A stretch of DNA of 63,809 nt, filler included, from Moniliella sp. 'wahieum' (Eukaryota), in NCBI GenBank assembly GCA_003971905.1. It is 3 parts of 3 records of this genome, joined end to end, with 100 filler letters (N's around TTAATTAATTAA, not from the genome) between each part and the next. Parts side by side here need not be neighbours in the genome. Positions count along the whole stretch, not along the records: positions 25,056 to 52,216 come from RSEE01000182.1; 2 more parts are not named here. One strand, 5' to 3'. Under the pieces are notes generated by a model. That model did not search any database. It saw only the letters and a list, made by a program, of their open reading frames with translations, and had not been told where the DNA came from. Shown here piece after piece: positions 36,842 to 49,271 of the stretch. Within the stretch, counting starts at the first letter, position 1. The number at the start of each line of letters is the position of its first letter. The translations under genes were made by a program, and so were the position numbers.

Positions 36842-37624
36842 ATGCTGTGCTTCCCCGGCGCCCACACCGAGTGCTCCGCCGACAGCTGCTGGCGCTCACC
36901 GAGCCCGAGCCAGGCATCTTCCTCATCGAGCTCCTCGGCCACGAGACGCTCGACAACCGCATGACCCCGGATCTGCTCACCGCCTACCTCGCGCCTCACG
37001 CACGTGCGCGACGCCCACCCGACCTTCCCGCACGGCGGCGCACTCATCACCACCGGCCGCCAGGACCGCGCCCACCCGAGCAGCAAGTTCTTCAGCAACG
37101 GCCTGGACTATGCGCGCGCCGTCGCCCTCGGCGCCTCCTTTTCCGGGCTGTACAACCAGGTCATGACGGCGCTGCTGACTTCCTGTGCCCACCATTGCCG
37201 CCCTGGGCGGACACACGTTTGCCGGTGGGTGTGCTGGCCATGGCGCACGACGTGCGCGTGATGAACCAAGAGCGGGGTGGCTCTGCACCAACGAAGCCGA
37301 GTTTGGTGCTGCGTTGGCGCGGCGAGCCTGGGGTGCTGCGCGCAAGCTGTCCATGGCCAGGTGCAGAACTGGTGCTGCGTGCACGCCGGTTTACCGGGCC
37401 CGAGGCATTGCAGGCTGGACTGGTGCAGGAAATCGCCCCGCCCGACCAGGTGGTGGCGCGGGCGATGCGCATGCCCACAGCTGCGCCCTTTGTCGCGCAC
37501 CAAGCAGGTGTGGGGCGTCAACCGCACAGAGCTCATGCGCGACGCGCTCCGTGTCCTCGCCCAGGCCCCGCCGTCCTTCACGCCCATCGACCCGGACGTG
37601 GCGGCGCGCGTGTCCAAGCTGTGA
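36842..37624 (+). CDS. Crotonase-fold enoyl-CoA hydratase/delta-isomerase with PTS1 (SKL)
   Basis: DNRMTPD, ALITTG..KFFSNGLD, PTIAALGGHTFAGG, LAMAHDVRVMNQERGWLCTNEAEFG, RRFTGPEALQAGLV, ending VSKL*. Confidence 0.88.
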
Positions 37625-37895
37625 GCGAGAAGAGGGGGAACAACGATGATGGTGTGGTAGTTTGGATCCACAGAGGATAGTGTGGGGGGGGGCAGATGGC
37701 AGATGGCAGATGGCAGATCCGCTCCTGGGTAGACATGCGGCGCGAATTATACACTGGCGCCGTGCCCATTCCAACAATGCGACCCAACCCCGCGTAGGCG
37801 CATAGCTTAGCTCAGCAGGCGCGCTGCGGAGACCGACAGAGCCTTAATGCATCATCAGCCTCCACCTCCACCTCCACCTTCTTCTCCACCCCACC

Positions 37896-39828
37896 ATGAG
37901 CTACAACAACTACAACTACGCCGGCCAGCCCGGCTACGGCGCCCCTCCTCCGCAGCAGCAGCGCTACGGTGCTCCTCCGCCCCAGCAGGGCTACGCTCCC
38001 AGGGCTACGCTCCCCAGGGCTACGCTCCCAGGGCTACGCCGGTCAAAGCCAAGCCTACGGTGGTCAAGGTCAAGGGTACGGCGGCCAAGGTCAAGGCTAT
38101 GGCGGCCAAGGTCAAGCCTACGGCGGCCAAGGGTACGGTGGTCAAGGGTACGGTGGTCCAGGCCAAGCCCAGGCCAGGGCGGCCCGCCGCCCGGCGCTGA
38201 TCCAAGTTGTGGTACGTCCCCCTCGTCGGTGTATGCGCGCCAGCGGACACGGAGCTGACCAGCGGACCGCATGGGCATGGACATGGTTCTGGGTATGGTT
38301 TGGGGTATGATTCTGGTTCTGGTTGTGGTTGTGATTCTTGTTATGGTTGTGGGTGTGGGTATGGTTCGGGGTACGGTTACGTTTGTGGGATGGATGAGGG
38401 TAGGAGCTGGTTCTCAGCCGTGGACCGGGACCGGAGTGGCTCGATTGGCGCAACGGAGCTGCAACAGGCGCTGGTGAATGGCGATTGGTCACCTTTGATC
38501 TCGACACGGTCAAGATGCTCATGTCGATGCACGATGTCGACCGGTCAGGACAACTGTCGTTCCAGGAATTCGTTGGGTTGTACAAGTACGTCTCGTCTCC
38601 CCCCTTTTCCCCCCTCCGTTCCCCCTCCGGTGCGTGGTGGGTTACGCGTTACGTGGCTCTCCTAGACAGTGCTATGCACCCTGTGGACCCTGTGGACCTT
38701 ACTGACCACCTCCCCCCCACTCTCCTTGTGCCGTTGTGCCGTTGTGCCCTTGTCACCAGGTACATTGGCAGTGGCAGGGCATCTTCCGGCAAGCCGACCG
38801 CGATGGCAGTGGTACGATTGATGTTTCGGAGCTGGGTGCGGCGCTGTCCCAGTTTGGGTTCAACCTCCCCCCCAACCTGGTCCCAGCTCCTGGTGGCCAA
38901 ATATGGTACGTTCAATGTGCTCTGTCCGTGACTGAGGAGTTGGCCGTGTACTGCCCTGGTACTCGTACGCGGGGGTTGTACTTGTACTTGTACTTGTTAC
39001 TTGTACTTGTACTTGACTTGTACTTGTACTTGTACTTGTACTTGTACTTGTACTTGTACTTGTACTTGTACTTTACTTGACTTGTACTTGTACTTGTACT
39101 TGTACTTGTACTGTCTGTACTTGTACTTGTACTTGTACTTGTACTTGTTGTACTTGTACTTGTACTTGTACTTGTACTGTACTTGTACTTGTACTTGTAC
39201 TTGTACTTGTACTTGTACTGTACTTGTACTTGTACTTGTACTGTTACTTGTCCTTGTACTTGTACTTGTACTTGTACTTGTACTTGTACTTGTACTTGTA
39301 CTTGTACTTGTACTTGTACTTGTACTTGTACTTGTATTGTACTTGTACTTGTACTTGGGCTGGTTACCCGGGACGCTAGGGAGTACCGACTGAATACTGA
39401 CGCACGATCTGGGGTATGTGTATGGCCTGTGTATGATTTGTGTATGCGTATGGTATGTGTATGTGTATGTGTCCACGACGCTAGCCAGTGCCAGTTCGAC
39501 CGGGCGTGGGGGTGGGGTGACGTTTGACCATTTCGTGCGTGCTTGCGTGGCGGTTCGGTCGTTGACCCAGGGCTTCCCAAAGTACGATCCTCAACGCCGT
39601 GGATCCGCCACACTGACCTACCCGCAGTTTATGGAAATCGGTACGTCAAATCATCCAACCTCTCCTGTGAACGTTGAACAGGCGTGCCGTGCCGCTTCTT
39701 GCACCTCGTTCAATCTTGGCTCTTCTTGCTTTCTTGTTCTTGTCTTGTGGGCTATTGGGTAATTGGGCACGCGTGTATACTGAGTACTGACCGACCTTTT
39801 TTCCCGCCCAGTGCTCCAAGCTCCGTAA
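37896..39828 (+). CDS. PEF1: Penta-EF-hand Ca2+-binding protein (Pef1/peflin/ALG-2), 4 introns
   Basis: G/Q/Y/P-rich N-terminus, GPPPGADP, WFSAVDRDRSGSIGATELQQALVNGDW, FDLDTVKMLM..DVDRSGQLSFQEFVGL, ADRDGSGTID, TFDHFVRACV, ATLTYPQFMEI. Confidence 0.93.
38976..39357. repeat. Long (TACTTG)n hexamer microsatellite inside PEF1 intron 3 (38906-39484)
   Basis: About 380 nt of near-perfect TACTTG units between a GTACGT donor and a CTAG acceptor. Confidence 0.97.
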
Positions 39829-40998
39829 TGCTGTATGCGTGTACCTACCCAGTCTGTTGGTTTCCACTCGTGCCTTTGCGTTAGCCCCCGTATGCCAGGG
39901 AGAGGATAGGGTAAGTAGTAGACCCGATCGTGCTCCTCTCCTCTCCTCCTCCCCTGCTCCTACTACTCTCTCTCCTATTGCCCTGTTCTGCGAATCAACT
40001 ATCTTATCTCCGACGCTGCAATGTTCCTGTTTTGTCGCGCCTCAACGCTTAGCCCTCGCTACCGCATGGGATCGGAGGGAGGGCAAGGTGAGGGTCTTCC
40101 ATCACCGATCAATTCATCTGGTAGTCGATTCTGGCAATCAATCCATCTGGCAATTGGGATGGCCTGGCATGGCATGGCATAGATGCGCCCCGAAAGTCCC
40201 AGCAAAACTGTTGAATGTACATCTCGAGGGACTGAATGTCGCCTGGGCATTCTCCCAGCACTACGACTAGTATGCTGTCTGAGAGTACTAAGTAGCCCGG
40301 CCTATGGCCTAGTAGTTGGTCTATCGCCATTCATGTGGGCCTTTTCTCCCACCCGCCTCCTATTACCTCTCCCCATCCCCTTGCCCTTGCCCCCAACCTA
40401 TACCCCGCCAGGCCAACCCCGCACCACCCTGCCCACTGACGCACACCCACAAGACGTTCAAAGCGATAGCGACAGATGCATAGACAACTTATACGAGACG
40501 TCTCCGTCCTCCGTCCTCCGTCCTCCGTCCTTGCTGGCCCAAAAGCGGTAATTGAACCCCTCCAAACCGATCCGACCAAGCGAACCCGACCAACCGAACT
40601 TGAGAACCCGAAACCGACAAACCGAAACCGAGAATCCGAAACTGAAACCGAGAATCCGAACCAAACTGGCCACACAGCTAGTAACCAGTGAGTGGCAAGC
40701 CACTGGCCACAAACCAGTTTGTCGCCCTCCTCCTCCTCCTCATATATACCAACCACAATAACCCCCGCTCTTGCACCTCATTTCCCCGTACCTTTTCTCG
40801 TCTCGCGCAGCCACCAGGGCGGGGAGAGAGAAGGGGAACCACAAGGGAACCAACAAAACCCCCCATTGCACGTCCACTTGCACTTGCACGTCCACTTGCA
40901 CTTGCACATTCACTTGCACCCACACCTTATCCCCGATCCCCCCATACTCCCATTCCGCCATCCCGCGGTCCGCGCCTCACATCCAGCACGGCTTAACC

Positions 40999-43900
40999 TT
41001 ACCGTTCGCGCAGCGCCTTGGTGGGTGACGGCGAGCGTGACGGAGGAGCGGGGATACGTGTGCGGCTAGGCGATCCGGGGGGGACAGGAACAGGAACAGC
41101 TCGACGGGTTGGTGTGAACCCGGTAGACGGTACGGGCTTAGGCTTAGCACGAACCTGGGAATGCCCATGGGCATGGGGCACGAGCACCCGCCGAGACAGA
41201 GGGCGAAACCGGCCCGGAGGCCGAGGCCTGTACTGGAGAAACGTACCGGGAGGGACTTGCGTCGCCCCCCTCGCGTCGGAGCTAGCTTGCACAGGGGAGG
41301 AGGTACCTGTACCTGTACCTGTACCTGCGCCCAAACCGGACGCCGCGGGGCGACACGTAACTGGGGACGGAGGAAGAACCGGGACGCGAAGCGGGAGCGA
41401 GGGCAGGATCGGTGCGGGTAGAACGGTGGGAGAGCTCGGAGTAGGCGTAGGTGTAGACGTTGACGTGGACGTTGACGTGGACGTGGACGTGGACGTGGAC
41501 GTGGGCTCGGCGCGTGCGAGGCAGCTGGGCGATGGGCTGCGGTGGCGGGGTGCGCGGTGGGCGAGGATGGTGGCCAGGACATTTGGCCTTGTTCGAGGGC
41601 AGATTGGAGGGTGAGGAGGTTGGTAGCCCACTCGGGAGCGCGAGGGAGCTGACCCGATGTAGAGTGAAGTGGAAGTGGGGGCGAGACGGGCCAAGTCGTC
41701 AAGGCAGCGGTGCAACTCGAGTGTCCACTTACTCTTTTGCTCGTGGGAGTCAGCGAAAAAGTGGTAGACTTGCCCGGTACGAAGGACAAGCTGGAACCCA
41801 TGCTGGACACCAAAGAACAACTCTGCCTCGTCCTGCTGGCCACCCTCTTGCACTTTCTACTCGGCGAGCGGGACATCGAGAACAACAGCGTTGGTCACCT
41901 CGTTCTTACACTGCATCCGACACCACGGACCTCGACCCACCTCCGACGCCACACTTTGTTCGCAGTCAACTGGGTCAGGGTGCCTACCTGACGAACTTGA
42001 CGCTCAGCCTGGGCAAGCACAAGACCGTACAGCCTCGCGATACGACTGGCACTGTGCGCCCAAGCCCGCGACCGAAGGCACAAACAGCAGACTCACATGC
42101 AACGTGCCGCGCGGGCGGGAACTCACTGCCGCCACAGGCTCCGTGTCCATCCGCATACGTCCCAGTGCACGTAGACTCGTGCTCGATAGCGACGGAGGTG
42201 GATTGCTCACCCCACGAGCGGGAGGGAGAGTTGCACTAGTTGACCCAGCGCTTCCCCCGCCACATCTTCGAACGTCACGTTGGCTCGGCCCAGGTCGCCC
42301 TCGTGGTTCATGTAGCGCAGCAACGGTGCCGAGGCAGTCTGCGGGGCGGTAGCGACGGCGGAGGCGCGCGCTCCGACCCACGCTCAGCCACACGCTCGGC
42401 TGCCGGCACGGGAACGGCACGGGCGCACGCTCAGCCTGGACGCGCTCAGCCTCGTCACGTTTCTTCTTGGGACTGCGCAGCAGGCGGGAGAAGAGTTTTT
42501 CCTTTTTGAGCGGGCTGCCGGGCGTACGGGGCTGAGGGAGCGAGTGAGCGGATGGGGGCCGGAGTCGGGGCTGGAGTACGGGCCGGAGTGCGGGCCGCAG
42601 CAGGGATTGGGGCAGGAACCGAAACTGAGCAGGACGAAGATGGGCGTCCTTGATAACGCGAAGGGTCAACGTGAACTGAAGACCCTTGTGCTGCAGCAAC
42701 TCAAACTCTTGTCCGATGGTGGTGGGGATCCACGAACGAGCAGACTGGTTCGCGGCGCCTTGACTTCGTTCAAGCCATTGTTCAAGTACAGTTCCATCCT
42801 CGTTGCCTGTTCGGGCAAAGGTACATCGGGAACGAACTTGTCCACCCGGACAAATACCTTGCCCATCGGCAGACGCGGATCCTCCGTCTTGCGGTACGCC
42901 GCCAGTTCCTCCACATACTCATTCTGTCGATCGGCATCAGGGGGTCAAGGGTCAGGCGTGAGCGTTAAGGGATCGCTACGTTGCATACGGAAAGGGGGGG
43001 GGGGGGACGCACCATCTCGCTCTTACGGGCCTTGCGGCGCGTGCCGGCCTCGGGGGAAAGGTGAGTGGTTGGATCCAAAGGCGGAGTGGAAGCTGGAGCC
43101 AGTGCGGAGGGGACAGGCGGGACGGAAGCTAGCTCCTCCGTTTGCTCTTCTTCCTCGGTATCGCGAACAGAGATAGTTTGACGCTTGCGCATGCGATAAC
43201 CGCGATCACGTTTCTGGATGCGACTCAGTTCGCGCTGCAAGCCCAAGCCAAACCCTTTCTCCTCGTTCAGACGAGGCAAAAGGGGGAGCAAGTCCGTCTC
43301 GTCCGTCTCGGTGTCCGATTGGCCTCGCGTCATAATCTCCATCTCCGGTGTAGCGGACGAGCTCAAGTCCATCGACCGGCTCCGCCGCGGCCGCATCGCA
43401 CGGCCTGCCTTGGCCCGACGACGGGCAATGATCGCCTCGGCGTTCTGGGCGGGCGTGCGCAGCTGTAGCACCGGTCGAGCCTCGGTGGTAGTGCTGGTGG
43501 TAGTGCTGGTGGTGGTGGATTGGGGTGCGGGTGCGCTGGTAGAGTCGAGTGGCTTGTGCTCAGTCGCAGCAAGGCAAAGCAGTGGATCGGAGCAACCTGC
43601 ATCGACCGACCCGCTCTCCTCGCCGAGGTCGGAGAGCAACGACGAGCCCCAGCTCAGCCCAAGGCCCAGACCTTGGCCCAGCGGCCCCAGCCCGGCCGAG
43701 ACGCGGGGCGCAGCACCTTTGGTCCTGCCGGGCGCAGCGGCAGGCGCGAGCGGCACACGCAGCTCGGCGGTGGCCTTGAGGCTGGAGGCCGAGGAGGAAC
43801 GGGGGAGGGGCGGCAAGGCGCGGTCGGTGCCGACAGCCCGTGTGGGCGGCTGCTTGAGCTGCTGCTTGGGCTGCTGCTTGGGCTGCCGCTGGAGCTTGGT

Positions 43901-43999
43901 GTCGGCCACGGGCGGGAGGGCGGTGGAGGTGGGCGCTGGCGAGGGCAGGACGGTGGCCTGGGGAGGCGCAGTGCGCTCGCCCAGCACAGTCGCAGGCAT
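40999..43999 (-). CDS. BUD4: Anillin-like septin organiser (Bud4/Int1/Mid2 type) with C-terminal anillin-homology and PH domains; intron at about 43014-42924
   Basis: LQRELSRI..GYRMR, GKVFVRV..LYLNNGLNEV, FTLTL; PH domain GTLTQL..VWRRRWV...LFFGVQHGFQLVLRTGQVYHFFADSHEQKSKW. Confidence 0.82.
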
Positions 44000-44010
44000 G
44001 GAGGGCGGGA

Positions 44011-44183
44011 ATGGGGATGGGATGGGGATGGGGATGGGGATGGAGATGGGGATGGGGATGGGGATGGGATGGGATGGGGATGGGGATGGGATGGGGATGG
44101 GGATGGGGATGGGGATGGGGATGGGATGGGGATGGGGATGGGATGGGGATGGGGATGGGGATGGGGATGGAGATGGAGATGGA
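44011..44183. repeat. (GGGGAT)n / (ATCCCC)n hexamer repeat directly upstream of the BUD4-like ATG
   Basis: About 170 nt of GGGGAT/GGGAT/GGAGAT units ending about 11 nt before the minus-strand ATG at 43999. Confidence 0.95.
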
Positions 44184-45263
44184 GGTAGAGATGCGAACAG
44201 AGGAGCTGCGTTTGGGGGTTAAAAGCGGAGTCCCACACGCTTCGAGCGTCGGACTTGCCTGTTTGGTCGAGCTAGACTCTACGTGCGCACACTGCCCCCG
44301 TGCGGTGCGCGTGCAGTGGCCCAGCCATCCCCGAGCTGGGTGGTGGACACTGGCGCTGTGCTGCGGGCGGGGGGTGGCTCGCTTAATTTTTGTCTGGCTG
44401 CTTGCCGAAAGAGGCTACGTTGAGTACGCACAAGTACTTCTCCTGTCCCTCCGCCGTGGGATGGGGAAACGCCGATCGGAGGAGGGATGTGAATGTGACG
44501 TCGTGTTGTGTTTGTTCTGCCTCGCCCTCCCCTTCCACGCTGTCCTCTCGAACGAACGCATGGCATCCGCCCAGCCACTAGTCGTCCCAAGAACCAACCC
44601 AACAAAAAACACTGCCACTAGTACCCCCCGAATACAAACGTTGTGCCCTCGTTCCATCCATTTCGCGGTGCAGTGGCGTAGATCCTCGCTCAGCCTGCAC
44701 ACATCTCAACCCCCCCCCCATCCCACCCCGTGCCGATCTACCCTCAAACGGCACTGAAGAAGCGCTCAGCAAACCGTCTGCATCTCTCCGTCGAAGCGGC
44801 CTCGCATCGCTTTGGGTGTCTGATGGCCGGGACCTTTTCGTTGCCGTCACTGTGCCCCCGAGGTGCGAATGCCAGTAGTAATAGCAGTCACTGTTCACTG
44901 CTCACTTGGGCAAACCGTGGCGCGAAAAGAGGGTGGTACGAGTCCGTCGCAGGCGGGCCATACGACAAGCATACCGCTCTATATCCATCAATCAAAACAT
45001 ACACCATCAATAACATACACCGCCGACGAAAAGGGGGGTGGGGGAGGCGGTTCTCGGCGCCAGTAAAGACCGAACAAGTGGGGGTAACCGGTAACAGTAC
45101 AATCTGACCGAACAAAAGGATAAGGGTGTGGTATACCAGGACAGGAGGGTAGGTGAGTGTGGTGTACAGCGCGAAGAAACCAGGAGAGGAGAACCACAAG
45201 AGACCAGAAGAAAAACAACACAACAAAAGAGAAGGGAACAGAAGTGCGAAACAAAACAAAGAG

Positions 45264-46629
45264 TCAAAACATACGTACATAGGCCGGACACTGGCCAACC
45301 CAGCGCCGCCAGCCAGGCTCTCATCGCCCGCAATCCAACCGGCGACACCAGCGCCACATCCCGGTACCTCACTCAGAATGTTCAGCGGGGGGGCTATCGA
45401 CGTGCGGCGCCTGGGCGGGAGCCACTTGGCCCGCAGCTCCCCCAGGCGGGTAGGTGGGTCTCGGTTTGAGCGAGGACAAAGTGGCCCGAGGGGGGTAAAG
45501 AAGTACATACGCACGAGGGGGAGGATTCTCGATCTGATGGGCTATGGTCTGTCCTTGCCCTGGCTCGCGCGCTGGTCCTGTAGCTGGCAAGACGGGCGCA
45601 TCGCGCGTCTGCGTATCCCATCCCGAGCGGCCGCAAAGCAAGCCACGCCATCCGAGGCGGACCCCACAACATCTGACCCGCTGCCCGGGGCCATGAACGC
45701 GGACGAACCAATGTGCCAGCAGTGTTGTGCAATGCTCAAACTAGTTCGCCCCGCTCGGACCGTCAGCTGCGCCATGCGGTCCGCCGCGTACCACGCCACG
45801 TCTCCGCAATCAAATCCAATGACCACCCGGCCTGTAGTGCCACTTGGACGCGGTACCCTTCCTGATCCTCCTGTTCCCCCTCAACGTCCAGCGGTACGAC
45901 GAGCCGAGCTGGCGCAGACCCGCGCCGCGCGCGCACCTGGTACGCAAATTCAAATTGCGGTCCAGCAGCCGGAGGAGCAGCGCCACGCCCACGTCTCCAT
46001 CTCCCTGTCCACCACGCCACCTGCACACAACAGGTTCAGAGGTATCCTTGATATCCGAGGCGGGGGGGGGGGGGTCTAGTGGGCAAAGCAGGTGGGGGCA
46101 GCTCGTCGCGCCAGCGCATCGTTGGCCATCACGTGCTCCAACGACCGGCGCGCTCCCCGGGCGGGAAGGGAGGAGGATGGTGCGCATTCGTGGCTCGTCG
46201 GAGCGGGAAGTAGGCCGGGGGCTTGCTGCGTGGCAGCAGGGACGTGCCGACCTGAGCCTCGGCCTCGGCTTGGGGCTCGCCCTCGCCCTTGATCGGGAGA
46301 TCGTCGAGAAGGAGGAGGACGGCGAGCCGGGGAGGATGGCATGGGCAGGCTCAGACGTGGAGGCATTGGCAGAGGCAGAGTTGGAGGCAACGGCAGAAGC
46401 AGCGCGGGAGGGGAAAGAGAGGGCGGGCGGCGGGGCAGGACGGCAGAGGACATGGAAACGACGGGGGGTGACTTGCCGAGCGCGCCGGCGGGGCGCTGGG
46501 CCGTCGGCGGGAGCGGGGTGCGCTAGGGCGGCGCTGGGGGGGCACGGTGGTGGAGGGGTGGAGGCGGGCGGGGAGGAGGAGGCGCGCGGGGCGGGATGGG
46601 GGTGCTGCTGCGGTTGGCGACGAGCTCAT
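45264..46629 (-). CDS. Hypothetical protein (frameshifted), divergent from SER3
   Basis: ATG at 46629 follows a CCATCY-rich leader. An S/P-rich N-terminus precedes helical-looking segments (LLLRLLDRNLNL, WYAADRMAQL, LRAMRAWLAALGWP). No family recognised. Confidence 0.4.
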
Positions 46630-47024
46630 GGCGGGGGGGATGGGTATGGTATGAGGGATGCGGCTGCGGAAGATGGGATGATGTTACGGATGGAGAGGAT
46701 GGGGAGGGAGAGGATGGAGATGGGGATGATGGGGATGGAGAGGGGAGAATGGAGATGGAGATGGAGATGATGGAGATGGAGATGGGGAGAATGGGGATGG
46801 GGATGAGGAGATGGAGATGGAGAGGATGGCGGATGCGTAAATGCCGACCGCTGTTTGTCCGCTCGGCTGGGTGGGGCAGCTGACGTCAGCGGTGGCGCGG
46901 CGGAAGAAACTTGTGCTTCCGCCTGTTCCGCCCCGGGCGGAGAAGACACCTTCGAGGCGACTTATATGCTCCCACCTTAACCCACCACCCCCACCCCCAT
47001 CCCACCACCACCACCACCACCGCC

Positions 47025-48535
47025 ATGGCCTCCGAGCGCGACGACCACCCCCAGGCGTTCCACCGCGTCGGCTTCTCCACGTCGCCGCTCGCCATCCCCG
47101 CGGCTCCTTCTCCGCCTCGCAGCCAGCAGCCGCGCCAGGTCGGCCGCAGCGACGTTGACTCGTACGCCCAGCTCTCCACCAGCCCCAGCAGCCCGCCGCT
47201 CGCCCACGCCATCCCCCTGCCGCTTCCCACCGCCGCCCACGGCCGCAACCGCAGTGTGTCTGGCCCCTCGGGCCACAGCGCCCCGCCTCCTCACCCAGTT
47301 CAACGCTGGCGACATCCGCATCCTGCTGCTCGAAACGTGTCCCAGGGCGCGGTGCAGATCCTGCGCGAGCAGGGTTCCAGGTCGACTACTTTCCAAGGCC
47401 TGGTCCGAGGACGAGCTGTGCGCCAAGATTGGAGAGTACTGTGATTGGCATCCGCTCCAAGACCAAGCTGACGGAGCGTGTGTTCGGCACGCGACCAAGC
47501 TGCTCGCCGTCGGCTGCTTCTGCATTGGTACCAACCAGGTCGACCTGGCTGCCGCAGCCAGAGCGGCATCGTGGTGTTCAACTCGCCCTTTGCCAATTCG
47601 CGCTCGGTCGCCGAACTGGTCATTGGCGAGATCATTGCCCTGTCGCGCCAATTGACTGACCGGGTGGGCGAGCTCAAGGCCGGCGAATGGAACAAGGTGT
47701 CCAAGCAGTGTTTGAGATCCCGCGGAAAAACTCTCGGCATTGTCGGCTACGGCCACATTGGGTCCCACTCTCCGTCTTGGCTGAGAGCATGGGCATGGCA
47801 GGGTGTGTGTACTACGATGTGTTGCCGCTCATGCCGCTTGGCACGGCACGTCAACTGGACACGTTGGCTGACGTGCTCGAGGTGGCTGATTTCGTCTCGG
47901 TCCATGTTCCGACCTGCGCCGATACGCGCAACATGTTTGGCCACGACCAATTTGCCGCGATGAAAAAGGGTGTGCCTACTTCCTCAACAATGCGCGCGGC
48001 ACAGTGGTGGATGTGCCGGCGCTGGTGGCGGCGTTGCAGTCGGGCCAGCGGGCGGAGCGGCAGGGATGTGTTCCCGAAAAGAACCGGCTGGGAACGGTAG
48101 GACACCTTTACCAATGCGCTCAACCCTTGGGTCGAGAGTCTCGTGCGTGCCGCAACACCATTCTCACCCCGCACATTGGTGGGTCGACCGAGGAGGCACA
48201 AAAAGATGATTGGGCTCGAGGTGGCGTCGGCCCTAACGCGTTACCTCAACTTTGGTTCGTCCTTGGGTTCAGTCAACTTTCCCGAAGTGGACTTCGTGCG
48301 ATTACCGAGGCCGAGACACGCGCTATCGATCTGCTACGTGCACCAAACCACCTGGCTCGCTGCGCGCCGTCAATGAGATCCTCGGCTCGCACAATGTCGA
48401 TAAACAACACACGATTCTCGTCAGGGCATCGCTTACCTCATGGCCGACATCTCGGACGTGTCCGAAAGCGAGGTGGCCGACATTTACAACGCATCTCCCG
48501 CACCCGGCCAACATTCTCACCCGTCTGCTCACTAG
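47025..48535 (+). CDS. SER3: D-3-phosphoglycerate dehydrogenase with C-terminal ACT domain
   Basis: IRILLLEN, IGIRSKTKLT, GCFCIGTNQVDL, VFNSPFANSRSVAELVIGEIIALSRQL, RGKTLGIVGYGHIG, ILTPHIGGSTEEAQ, GSVNFPEV. Confidence 0.96.
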
Positions 48536-49271
48536 TGTATTTGCCCTGCCTGCCCGCCTGCGTCCCCTGCGTGCCCTGCGTCCCTCCTAATTCCCCCTGC
48601 TGCGCCTGTTCGGGTACAGCGCGACGACGGTTGTGATGCGACACGAGCATGCGGCGTGGGGCTCCTTGGAGCGGATGTTCTTGTACTCTGTGGTCCAAAC
48701 ATGTGATGATGTGCTTCCCAATTGGGGCGGAAAGGGTGGGCCGTGCGCCAGGAGTATTATTAGTAGCGGTAGCAACAGTAGCAGTGTCCATACTCCGCCG
48801 AGTCATACCATTAGTAGTCGGACAGGCTAAGTACTAGCAATAGCAACTGTAAGCACCGAGGCAATCGATGCGCGTTCCGGCTGGAGGGCGCAGATGCTCC
48901 GACTGAGTACTAATGGTCCATCCAACAAACAGGATGGATGAGCGGACCTGGATGGATGAGGCGGAGAAAAGACGGGGGGACGGCGCACGGTCAGTGGGCG
49001 GCAAGGAGGTTGATTAGGTTAAGGCAGACATACGGAAGTGCAAGTGGAGCGTCGCAGTGAGCAGGACTACGCAGCGAGCTTTCTGTCTGCTTGTCTCCCG
49101 AGCCACACAACCGGTGGGGTGGTGGCCACCGCCACCGCCCGCCCAGGCATGCGCAAAAGCAAGGAGACGGGGAGGGGCATCATGTTCTCGGCCTACTATA
49201 AAAACAGCACTCTTCTCCACCTCCTCAGTCGCTCCTCCTCATCTCCCCCCCCCCCCACCCTACTTTCCCCA

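Noticed and set aside
38912..39527. ORFs of poly-(VQ), (YK), (TS), (LY) and (CT) dipeptides
   Set aside because: These are translations of the largely stop-free intronic (TACTTG)n microsatellite. The same applies to (GGGGAT)n at 44.0 kb and (AGAACGC)n at 32.3 kb.
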